A stretch of DNA of 64,000 bases from a virus (lineage: Duplodnaviria; Heunggongvirae; Uroviricota; Caudoviricetes). The stretch covers positions 41,668-105,667 of IMG/VR virus record IMGVR_UViG_2841729706_000003; one strand, written 5' to 3'. Made by a program: the position numbers and the translations under genes. Shown piece after piece: positions 54,964 through 62,978 of this stretch. The notes beneath the pieces are model-generated. The model searched no databases and had not been told where the DNA came from. It was given only the letters and a program-made list of their open reading frames with translations. The stretch's first letter is position 1; each line of letters begins with the position of its first letter.

Positions 54964-56094
54964 TTAGGCGGCGGTGGCCAGCCAGTACTCGACGGCGTCT
55001 TTGGCCTCCTTCAGGCCGATGACGAACCGCTCCTCATACCCGGTTCGGTAGCCGTACTCCGAGGATACGAACGTCTGACGCTTGCCGCCCGCATCACGAT
55101 AGGCCTTGATTGCCTCGATGCGCTTGCCTTCAGCCGCAAGCCGCTGCCATTCGTGGGCATAGGCTGGCTTTTCTTCCCGCTTGGTGGAGACAAGAGTGTA
55201 AACGCCGAACTCGCTACCCTTGTGCTTCTTGGCCAGGCGCGCTGCTTCGCGTTCGGCGAAAGCCGCCGACGAGTGAACGTGCGGTCTGACACTTGGGAGC
55301 GGCTGGCCGTTCTCGATGAGGCAGACGATGGCGGGTTTAGATGCGGACGGAGTGACGAGCTCAAAGTAGCGATCAAGGTCACCCATCCACGGATACTCAC
55401 CGTGATAGCTGCGCCATTCCATCGGCCCGACCTTGCGACCGTCGCGGGTCTTGTAGAACTTGCCGGCCTTAATGGTTAGGGCGGTGGCTGGTGCCAGTTT
55501 TAAATACTTCATTGGGATGCTTGGGCCGTCGCCGCCAGGAACGGCACTGTAGCTTGCGTAATCGTGTCCAGCATCGGTGATGTAGAAGTGACCGGCATAT
55601 TCACCAGCGCGGCGCCAGTGTTTGTTCCAGTGCTCGACAAGGTCATTTGCGCATTCTACTGACTTGTCCTGCACTACAGCGTCACCGACTTTGAAAGGCG
55701 CAGCAGGAGCAGGTTCGATCTGATGAGTCCGCAAGTACTGATTGTGGCCATTGAAGAGGTAGCCAGTGCCGCCCTCGCCATCTCCACATGTGCGCTCGAT
55801 GACGTATTCCACACCGACTTCATACTGGGTGATTTTGCTTCCGGAGCGCGTCGTGTTGTCTACAACCCGCACCCTGTCCCCGACTTTGAACGCGGGTATG
55901 AGTTCAATCTCGCCGTCAGGGCGGTAGAAATTCCAGCGACGCCGGCTTTTGCCGTGCCCCGCAAACGGGGCGTCCATTTCAACTCCGGCACGACCAAAAT
56001 CAATCTCGGCGACTGTCCCAAGCTGCCCTGGCGTAGCACGGCCATAGCCGTCCGTTACCACCTTGACCCGATCTCCAACCTTAAACTTTCCCAT
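54964..56094 (-). CDS. Early protein with three KOW-like (FKVGDRV-K/R-VV) beta-barrel repeats and a C-terminal ribosomal-L7/L12-CTD-like segment
   Basis: Repeats FKVGDRVKVV (aa 4), FKVGDRVRVV (about aa 69) and FKVGDAVV (about aa 135). C-terminus ...LAAEGKRIEAIKAYRDAGG...IGLKEAKDAVEYW closely parallels L7/L12 ...[32 protein letters not shown]... Confidence 0.55.
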   Translation of the reverse strand: MGKFKVGDRVKVVTDGYGRATPGQLGTVAEIDFGRAGVEMDAPFAGHGKSRRRWNFYRPDGEIELIPAFKVGDRVRVVDNTTRSGSKITQYEVGVEYVIERTCGDGEGGTGYLFNGHNQYLRTHQIEPAPAAPFKVGDAVVQDKSVECANDLVEHWNKHWRRAGEYAGHFYITDAGHDYASYSAVPGGDGPSIPMKYLKLAPATALTIKAGKFYKTRDGRKVGPMEWRSYHGEYPWMGDLDRYFELVTPSASKPAIVCLIENGQPLPSVRPHVHSSAAFAEREAARLAKKHKGSEFGVYTLVSTKREEKPAYAHEWQRLAAEGKRIEAIKAYRDAGGKRQTFVSSEYGYRTGYEERFVIGLKEAKDAVEYWLATAA

Positions 56095-56125
56095 AATATT
56101 CTCCTCTTGTGGTGAGCGCGGGTGG

Positions 56126-56413
56126 TTAAGCCGCTCCCTTGGTTTTGGTGTTCTTGTCCAGTCGCACCTTCTTGGTGAAATCGACCGGGATCACGTTGTC
56201 ACCGCTGCCACCGCCATGGAATTCGTCGTTCTCCACGCGATGAAGCTCCCATTCATGGAACGCCAGAACAGCCAGCGAAGGCGAAACGCGGATGTAGACA
56301 AGAGACCCAGCGAAGCCGATTACGATGCCGAACACACTGGTGTTCATCTTGTGCTCGACGACATCACCGAGTTCAAAGAATTCATCTTCAGGCGGCATGG
56401 GCAGCCTCCACAA
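56126..56413 (-). CDS. Hypothetical protein
   Basis: 95-aa ORF. Confidence 0.3.
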   Translation of the reverse strand: MWRLPMPPEDEFFELGDVVEHKMNTSVFGIVIGFAGSLVYIRVSPSLAVLAFHEWELHRVENDEFHGGGSGDNVIPVDFTKKVRLDKNTKTKGAA

Positions 56414-56651
56414 AAGGACGGTCCAAGACCGAAATACGGGGGAGGCTGACGGCTTGGGTGTAGCAGCTGCGCGAGCCGCAGCTTCCCAACACCGGCATAT
56501 GCTTGACGGTGATGGCCTTCGTGGCGATCGGCCGTACTCGCTGGTAGAGGTGGTACGTCACCATCCCGACGCTTGTTTCCAAGCGTTTTGCGATGGCACG
56601 CAGGCTTAGTCCCTCGCCGCGAAGGGCAAGGATTTGTTCTCTCTTTGACAT
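56388..56651 (-). CDS. Cro-like HTH regulator (first gene of the leftward early operon)
   Basis: From Met MSKREQILALRGEGLSLRAIAKRLETSVGMVTYHL (HTH); divergent from the repressor gene; preceded by CACCACATCGAGGAGTTCA-ATG. Confidence 0.5.
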   Translation of the reverse strand: MSKREQILALRGEGLSLRAIAKRLETSVGMVTYHLYQRVRPIATKAITVKHMPVLGSCGSRSCYTQAVSLPRISVLDRPFVEAAHAA

Positions 56652-56766
56652 TGAACTCCTCGATGTGGTGTTGACAAAGCGTTGGTTACGCGCCATGTCT
56701 TTTGCGCCCGCTGTGGTGGCGGGTAGGAACGCAGGTGGGACTCCTCTTACCTTCTAGTACGAGATC

Positions 56767-56820
56767 AGGGGCCGCGTTTCGGGTGGTGCCGGCGCATTCC
56801 AGGCCCCTTTTCTCTTTCTC
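56767..56820 (+). terminator. Terminator-like GC hairpin (AGGGGCC...GGCCCCT) followed by a T-rich run, inside the cro-cI intergenic region
   Basis: 7-bp outer stem with a structured GC-rich loop, then TTTTCTCTTTCTC; function unclear; no upstream plus-strand gene. Confidence 0.25.
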
Positions 56821-56959
56821 TGCCTCTTTAACAAATCTGTCGGAACCAACTCCTTCGTACAACGTTAACCGTAGCTACAAAGATTAGATTCGTTTGTAGA
56901 TGTCAACCCTTTGATTTGGTAGACACCCTGTGGATAACATTGTAAGATTGGTTAAGTGA

Positions 56960-57700
56960 TTGAGGGATAAGACGAATATGAGACGAATTACCCCGGCAAA
57001 AAAATCTCGCTTCGTGCAGATGCTGGAAAACGCCATAGAGGCGGAGGGCGGAAGCCAGAAAGCATTTGCGGAGAAGCACGATATTGGCCAGCAGACGCTA
57101 AACACATGGATAGTCAGCGGTCGCGTCCCCACGAAGCAGTTCCACCAAAGGCTCCGCGACGTCCTGAAAATCACGCAGGATCAGTTAGACGAACTGCTGG
57201 CCGAAGTGGAAAACAGGCGCGCTGCCGCCTATGAAGCATCCGTTGCGCAAGAGCCGCCCAACGGCAGGATAGCCGGCGGCAAGATGCCTGAAAACCGGGA
57301 CAATAGCGTACCGGTTCTAGGGCGTGCCGTAGGCGGAGAGCTCGGCGAATACGAGTTCAACGGCGAGGCGTTGGATTGGGTAATGCGTCCGCCTTCATTG
57401 GCCGGCGTTGGCGACGCCTACGCGGTCTTCGTCGACGGCGAGTCTATGGTACCGCGCTATCGCCCTGGCGAAACAGTATGGGTCCACCCTCACCGCCCTG
57501 CGCGCAAGGGTGATGACGTTGTTGTCCAACTGCACCGGCTAGACGACAGCCATGAGCCGCCATACGGATACATCAAGGAATTCGTTGGTTGGACGTCGAA
57601 CAAGCTCATTCTGCAGCAGCACAATCCGTCAAAGAAGATCGAATTTGATCGCGAATCGGTGAAGTCAGTAGACACCATCGTGTTCGCAGAGCGTGTCTGA
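56960..57700 (+). CDS. cI-like repressor (HTH plus S24 LexA-like autopeptidase)
   Basis: N-terminal HTH ...QKAFAEKHDIGQQTLNTWI...; C-terminal GESMVPRY (Ser nucleophile) and ...IKEFVGW... (Lys) S24 motifs. Confidence 0.65.
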   Translation: MRDKTNMRRITPAKKSRFVQMLENAIEAEGGSQKAFAEKHDIGQQTLNTWIVSGRVPTKQFHQRLRDVLKITQDQLDELLAEVENRRAAAYEASVAQEPPNGRIAGGKMPENRDNSVPVLGRAVGGELGEYEFNGEALDWVMRPPSLAGVGDAYAVFVDGESMVPRYRPGETVWVHPHRPARKGDDVVVQLHRLDDSHEPPYGYIKEFVGWTSNKLILQQHNPSKKIEFDRESVKSVDTIVFAERV

Positions 57701-57796
57701 ATTCACCAGTCGTACAAATCTAACAAATCGTTGTTGACTTTGTCGAGTTGGTAGCATACAAATCTCCTCACCAAACCACCACCGAGGAGATTCGAA

Positions 57797-58114
57797 ATGC
57801 TAAAGGCGCTAGCCACCCATCTTAAGCGAGACGCGGTTTTCTATACTGCTCTCGCCGTTCTTTCCGGCTCGATGTTGGTCGCCGGGACGTTGGTAACGAA
57901 GGCCGACGATTTCGAACTGGCCGCCTATTTTGCCGCGCAGGAATATGTCTGCGAATGGCCTGACTATGACGCCAGTGTATCTATCCTGGCGCGTATTGTT
58001 GCCGCCGGAACTCCCGAAGATATCGCAATAGAAGTCATCGCCGACGAAGCTTGGGCTCTCGTTGAGAGCGGCGACGTCGATTGCGGCGAGTTGCGTGTCG
58101 CGGAGGCGCGATGA
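57797..58114 (+). CDS. Hypothetical protein
   Basis: 105 aa; preceded by CCACCACCGAGGAGATTCGAA-ATG. Confidence 0.35.
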   Translation: MLKALATHLKRDAVFYTALAVLSGSMLVAGTLVTKADDFELAAYFAAQEYVCEWPDYDASVSILARIVAAGTPEDIAIEVIADEAWALVESGDVDCGELRVAEAR

Positions 58115-58296
58115 TGGCCGCCGTGTACCTAGCCGCGTCGTTCTTCGCCGGCATCGCCTTGTCCGTCGCAGTGTTCGGCTGGCCGTTCTGATTTACTGCG
58201 CGTTGCCCCAACACGCAGGCGGGCGGCGTTTGCCTCCAGTGGCGCCGCCCTCTTTTTCCCGGCCTCACCAGCCATCACCACCATCGAGGAGCTACC

Positions 58297-58569
58297 ATGA
58301 CCAATTCACGCTACCCTTCCGTCTATTCTTCCGGATACCCCACCCTTTCCGCACAGGAATTCATCGCTCAGGGCACGAGTGCAGCGGCCGTGTTGTCGAT
58401 CGCAAAGTTTCTGGCGAGCGACCGCGGTAAGCCGGCCAATCCGCGCGCGGCATCAAAGCTTCGAGCCGTCGCGTTCGAAGTGGCCGACCTTACCGGTGTT
58501 CGTCTGCAGGCTTTGCCGCGCGCTGTGAACGACAACCGTAGCCGTCGGCAGTACCGGAGGGCGGCATGA
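58297..58569 (+). CDS. Hypothetical protein
   Basis: 90 aa; preceded by CACCACCATCGAGGAGCTACC-ATG. Confidence 0.35.
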   Translation: MTNSRYPSVYSSGYPTLSAQEFIAQGTSAAAVLSIAKFLASDRGKPANPRAASKLRAVAFEVADLTGVRLQALPRAVNDNRSRRQYRRAA

Positions 58570-59222
58570 CCGTGCCAGATGAAAAGCCCGCATGGGCCGA
58601 AGGTGCGAAGGCGATTACAGCCGAAACGCACAAGTCGCTCTCCGCCCTCCCCACTCCAGATGCAGGAGAGGTAGGGGAGCTTCTGGCGGAGATGCGCGCC
58701 GGGCTGGAAGGTGTGACGCCGGGGCCTTGGATGTCAGAACCCGGCGCGGCGCGAGGAGCGTGGATAGGCAATGCCTCTAACCAGTGGGTTGCGCTCGCTT
58801 GCGGTGAAGATGATGCCCAGGCTGTCATAAACGGCTCGCACCTTGTGCGCTGCTCTCCCGACAACATCGCCAAGCTTCTCGACCACGTTTCAGCCCAAGC
58901 CTCCCGTATCAAGGAACTGGAGGGGGAACGGGATGCCTTACGGGCAAAGTTGAACGCTTGCGACTGGTATTGGCCGGAAGACGACACAAGCTCCGATGCA
59001 TGCTCAGACGACCCTTATGAGATCGTTGAGAACCAAGGCCGCAGCGGTGAAGTCATAGCCATTTCTCGCGGCGGCGTTGTCGAAACTCGGTACTACGCAA
59101 GTCTTCCCCCGCCGAAGACGCAGATAGCGACGACGATTTCGATGTTGACGAAGCTACAGAGGAAGCAGCCTCCGCGAAGATCGCCGCCGAGCTGGTGCGC
59201 CGCTCCACCCTCGCCGCCATGA
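58566..59222 (+). CDS. Hypothetical protein with TPGPW motif (possibly Ea22-like); probable frame disruption near a C5 run at about 59106-59110
   Basis: ...GVTPGPWMSEP...; after the C5 run a -1 frame encodes a natural acidic tail SSPAEDADSDDDFDVDEATEEAASAKIAAELV... ending at 59248, whereas the annotated frame gives an unnatural Pro-rich end. Confidence 0.35.
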   Translation: MTVPDEKPAWAEGAKAITAETHKSLSALPTPDAGEVGELLAEMRAGLEGVTPGPWMSEPGAARGAWIGNASNQWVALACGEDDAQAVINGSHLVRCSPDNIAKLLDHVSAQASRIKELEGERDALRAKLNACDWYWPEDDTSSDACSDDPYEIVENQGRSGEVIAISRGGVVETRYYASLPPPKTQIATTISMLTKLQRKQPPRRSPPSWCAAPPSPP

Positions 59223-59380
59223 AAGGTGAAGACAATGCCGAAGCTTAAAAGACTTCCATACCCGCTCCGTGCGGCGAAAATCAGCATCGATTTCATGCCG
59301 TTCGGCTTCTGGTGGAAGCCATCTTTCACGCACAAAAGCGGACTGTCAGAGCGCGCTAGAACAGAAGGTGTGGCCATCTG

Positions 59381-60649
59381 GTGGGCACGTTGGGCTTGGT
59401 TCCAGATCAGCTATTCGAGGTGGTTGTGATGACAATAGATGCCCTGAGAGAGGCCGAGCGGTTCCTTGCATACTTCGCTGGCGAGACAGGCGGCAGTTTC
59501 GAAGGACCAGGCACACCAAAAACTGCGCTCGCCAAGGTTAGAGAAGCCCTTCGCACCCAACCGGCAGAGGCCGGGGTGACGGTGAAGGCGCTGGAGTGGG
59601 ACGAACACAACTGCGCCGATGTGTATGGAGTCAAGGATTGCCACGGACAGGGTCCGAAGCGTTACTTTCTGTACCGCGCGTCCACAATCATCGGTTGGTT
59701 TGACGGCATCGACGCCGCCAAAGCCGCCGCACAGGCTGATTACGAGCGACGGGTCCGTTCCGCTCTTGTCCCCACCCCCGCCCCACAGGGGATGGATACG
59801 GCGGTGGAGGCAGCCGAGGCCGCAGTTTATCCACGCCACGAAAAGGGCTTCCTCGTTAAGCCTCTCTTGGACGCAATCGACATGCGCGCCGCACTCACCG
59901 CAGCCTACCCCCATATGACAGGGGCAGCGCAGGAGGCGGTGGAGGGTGAGCCGGTAGAATGGCAAAGAGAAGCCGGCGACTTCGGCTGGCAGCGTGTCTC
60001 ACCAGACGATTTGGAGCACTACCGCTCAAAGGGTGCGCGTCTTCGCGCCCTCTACACCACCCCGCAGCCCGCGCCATCCAGCGCGGATGCCGGAATGCTG
60101 GCGGCGTTGAAGGAAGAGAACGAGCGGCTTACGAAGGAGCGTGATGCTGCACGACAGTCGCTTGAGCATGACCGTGCGGTGGTCATCACTGCTTCCAATG
60201 AGTTCAATGACGCGTTTGCCCGCCGTTCATGGCTACTCGACAGTCGCGGGCCGTACGAATGGGGTGACGACCGCTACAGAGATGAGTTCCGTGGCGCTTA
60301 CGATGAACTCGCAGCACCCATGTCGAAGCTTCGCAAGATCGGAGCAGATTGGGCGAACTGCCCTGTCGATCACGATGAAATCATGCGTTCGCGACAGAAC
60401 TGGCAGGAGCGCGCGGAAAAATCAGAAGCAGCCCTCGCCGTTGCCTCCGCCTCCCCGGTGCAGCCCGAAGCGGAGGGGTGGAAGACGATGGACAGCGCGC
60501 CGAAGGATGGGACGCGTGTTCTGGTCTATGAGATAGGGAGACCGGTCGAGGTCGCACACTACAACCCAAAATCTTGGCAATGGTCGAATAGGTATCGTCC
60601 GGTCAGATGGCGGCCTCTCCCCGCCGCCCCTAAGCAGGGAGGCGAATAG
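59381..60649 (+). CDS. Hypothetical protein with C-terminal DUF551-like domain
   Basis: C-terminal GWKTMDSAPKDGTRVLVYEIG...WRPLP resembles the DUF551 phage domain (from memory); probable start at Met MTIDALREAERF. Confidence 0.4.
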   Translation: MGTLGLVPDQLFEVVVMTIDALREAERFLAYFAGETGGSFEGPGTPKTALAKVREALRTQPAEAGVTVKALEWDEHNCADVYGVKDCHGQGPKRYFLYRASTIIGWFDGIDAAKAAAQADYERRVRSALVPTPAPQGMDTAVEAAEAAVYPRHEKGFLVKPLLDAIDMRAALTAAYPHMTGAAQEAVEGEPVEWQREAGDFGWQRVSPDDLEHYRSKGARLRALYTTPQPAPSSADAGMLAALKEENERLTKERDAARQSLEHDRAVVITASNEFNDAFARRSWLLDSRGPYEWGDDRYRDEFRGAYDELAAPMSKLRKIGADWANCPVDHDEIMRSRQNWQERAEKSEAALAVASASPVQPEAEGWKTMDSAPKDGTRVLVYEIGRPVEVAHYNPKSWQWSNRYRPVRWRPLPAAPKQGGE

Positions 60650-61528
60650 ATGGGTGCGCCGTCAAACTTCATATTGCCCGATGGTAATGTGCAGATTGCG
60701 TTCTCAGGCGGTCGCACGTCCGGGAAGATGTTGCACGACATCATCCAGGCGAACCAACCCTGGCCCGCCGATCGGGTGAAGGTGGTTTTCACTAACACCG
60801 GCAAGGAGCGCAGTGAAACGCTCGATTTTGTGCGTGAGTGCGAAGAGCGATGGGGGGTTCCCATCGTCTGGCTTGAATATCGCCTGCGCTGGACTGGCGC
60901 GCCGCACGACCCGAAGAACAAGATTTTCGATACGGGAGCGCACAGCTTTGAGGTTGTTTCCTATGAGACGGCTAGCAGGAATGGCGAGCCGTTCGAACAG
61001 ATCATCGAATACTTCGGGTTCCTGCCGAACCGGGTTGCAGATTTCTGTTCTCACAACCTGAAGAGCCGTACTGCAAGGCGCTACTGTGTGGCGTCAGGTT
61101 GGAAACACTGGACAACCGCGATAGGCATCCGTGCCGACGAGCCAAAGCGCATCCTGAAGAAGCAGCCAAAGGAGCGCTACCGCGTTTGGTATCCGCTCAA
61201 TGAGGCTGGCGACACCAAACACGATGTCTCCCTCTTCTGGCTCTTCCAGCCCTTCGATCTCGAATTACTGAACATCGACGGCGTGACCCCAACCGGCAAT
61301 TGCGACGGCTGCTTTAAGAAGTCCGAGCGGAAGCGTGCCGAGTTTGCTCGCAGCGAGTGGCACCACGCCGAATGGTGGTCCGCTCAGGAACGGAAATACG
61401 GCGGAACCTTCGACAAAACTACGTCATGGGACCAACTGCACGAGTACATCAGCAAACAAGGCGACTGGCTTTTCGGGGACAACGACGCCCTCTGTCAGCG
61501 CGACGGCGGGGAGTGCGCACCATGGTAA
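60650..61528 (+). CDS. PAPS-reductase-like (phosphoadenosine phosphosulfate reductase family) protein
   Basis: N-terminal PP-loop-like IAFSGGRTSG and overall length typical of phage PAPS-reductase-like proteins. Confidence 0.5.
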   Translation: MGAPSNFILPDGNVQIAFSGGRTSGKMLHDIIQANQPWPADRVKVVFTNTGKERSETLDFVRECEERWGVPIVWLEYRLRWTGAPHDPKNKIFDTGAHSFEVVSYETASRNGEPFEQIIEYFGFLPNRVADFCSHNLKSRTARRYCVASGWKHWTTAIGIRADEPKRILKKQPKERYRVWYPLNEAGDTKHDVSLFWLFQPFDLELLNIDGVTPTGNCDGCFKKSERKRAEFARSEWHHAEWWSAQERKYGGTFDKTTSWDQLHEYISKQGDWLFGDNDALCQRDGGECAPW

Positions 61529-61899
61529 TAGCAACAGAAGCACCAACCGTCTGCTTTGACATTTTCATTGCAGGCGACTTGGCGCAGGCAAAGCAGGTTT
61601 GCCGCGAATACTGCATGGAAGTTGGCGCTTGCGTCACTGTTGAGCCGGTCGATTACATCTACACGGGCGGCGAGGAAGCAGGCATTCGCGTCGGGTTCAT
61701 CAACTACCCACGCTTCCCGACCGATGCCGAAGCGATATTCGCTAAGGCGTCCGATCTAGCCGGCAGGCTGATGCACCGCCTATGCCAACAATCCTATTCC
61801 ATCGTCGGACCCGACAAGACTGTGTGGTTCTCTCGGCGCCCCGAAGACGCATCCCGCACCGCCCTAGCCGGTAGCAAGGAAGGGGATCGGGATGAGTGA
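61522..61899 (+). CDS. Hypothetical protein
   Basis: Start ATG overlaps the upstream stop (ATGGTAA); 125 aa. Confidence 0.35.
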   Translation: MVIATEAPTVCFDIFIAGDLAQAKQVCREYCMEVGACVTVEPVDYIYTGGEEAGIRVGFINYPRFPTDAEAIFAKASDLAGRLMHRLCQQSYSIVGPDKTVWFSRRPEDASRTALAGSKEGDRDE

Positions 61900-62284
61900 T
61901 ATCTCAAGGTACAAAATTGAGGGATACGATTGGGCTGCCACACCTTCACACGGTGGGGTTTGGGTTCGTCATTGCGATTACGAAGCCCTCCGCCAGCAGT
62001 TGGAGACTGCGCGGGCGGAAGGCCGGGATGAGGGGCTGGAGGAAGCGCGGGCAGCCAACCGAAAGCTGCACAGGCGCGCTCAAATTGCCGAAGGCATGAA
62101 AGATTCGCTCTACGGTATCGTGGATGCTTGGGCGCGAGTCATTAGGGGATCAAAGAGAAAGGCCCCGGAAAAGATTTGCTGGGCCAGTTACAAACTAGGC
62201 CAGATGTCCGGCGTAGAGCTGGTCTACTACGACTTGGATAAGCGCTGCAAACGAGCCCTCAAGTCAGGGGAGCGCGGCTCATGA
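61892..62284 (+). CDS. Hypothetical protein
   Basis: 130 aa; overlap-coupled. Confidence 0.35.
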   Translation: MSDISRYKIEGYDWAATPSHGGVWVRHCDYEALRQQLETARAEGRDEGLEEARAANRKLHRRAQIAEGMKDSLYGIVDAWARVIRGSKRKAPEKICWASYKLGQMSGVELVYYDLDKRCKRALKSGERGS

Positions 62285-62439
62285 CCACCGACCAAGCCCA
62301 ATCGGTCGCCATCTTCCTCATCGTCGCTATCCCGGCTGCGTATTGGCTGCTGCGCTTTAACTATCGCACCTGGCTAGAGCCGGTAATGGACCCTGAGCGC
62401 GCCAAGGAACGGGAAGCACGGAAGGAGAAGCGGCTGTGA
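62281..62439 (+). CDS. Small membrane protein (about 52 aa, unlisted ORF)
   Basis: MTTDQAQSVAIFLIVAIPAAYWLLRF... hydrophobic helix; ATGA overlap with the upstream gene. Confidence 0.25.
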   Translation: MTTDQAQSVAIFLIVAIPAAYWLLRFNYRTWLEPVMDPERAKEREARKEKRL

Positions 62440-62633
62440 AAGACTTGATTGATCAGATGGAAACTCACGCCGGAGAGTTGCGCAATCATATCGCAAAAAT
62501 CCGCATCGACTACCCGGAGGCTGCCGATGCGCGCCGCATGGATCTCCGGCAAGTCTACCGGAAAATCGCTGAGGCTCGCCGCGCCCTCGAAAGCGAGGCT
62601 GGCAGGTGACGTTTTCTTTCAAAGGAGGTCCGA

Positions 62634-62978
62634 ATGACCCCAGCAAATGACAATGGGCTTGGCGTCCCGCCCGGCATCTATTCGGTTGAAGAGGCGTGCG
62701 GATGGCTTAAAATCAGCCGCCAGAGCCTTACAAATCTGACGATCGACCATCCGTATTACGCCAAGAACGGCAATCGAAAACTTTTCAGCCAGTCTCATAT
62801 CAACAAGCTCTGGGAGGCGATGCAATGTCAGAACCAAAACTCACCAAGCGTCCTGGAAGCGATAACTGGTACATCCGCGGTACCAACAGCGCAGGCCGAC
62901 CGGTATTCCGATCTACTAAAACCAAAGACGAAGCAACTGCCAAGGCGCTCCTCGTCCAATATCAGGCGCGCGTCCTAG
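62634..62978 (+). CDS. xis: Excisionase / AlpA-like HTH DNA-binding protein
   Basis: ...GIYSVEEACGWLKISRQSLTNLTIDHPYYAKNGNRKLFSQSHINKLW HTH_17-type motif; 3' end overlaps the integrase start in another frame, so the true stop may be earlier. Confidence 0.45.
   Translation: MTPANDNGLGVPPGIYSVEEACGWLKISRQSLTNLTIDHPYYAKNGNRKLFSQSHINKLWEAMQCQNQNSPSVLEAITGTSAVPTAQADRYSDLLKPKTKQLPRRSSSNIRRAS

Noticed and set aside
7198-58300. CACCAC box as an extended Shine-Dalgarno sequence
   Set aside because: It lies 5' of the GAGGAG SD, not 3', and is not complementary to the 16S rRNA 3' end (it resembles the rRNA CACCUCC sense sequence), so simple anti-SD pairing does not explain it.
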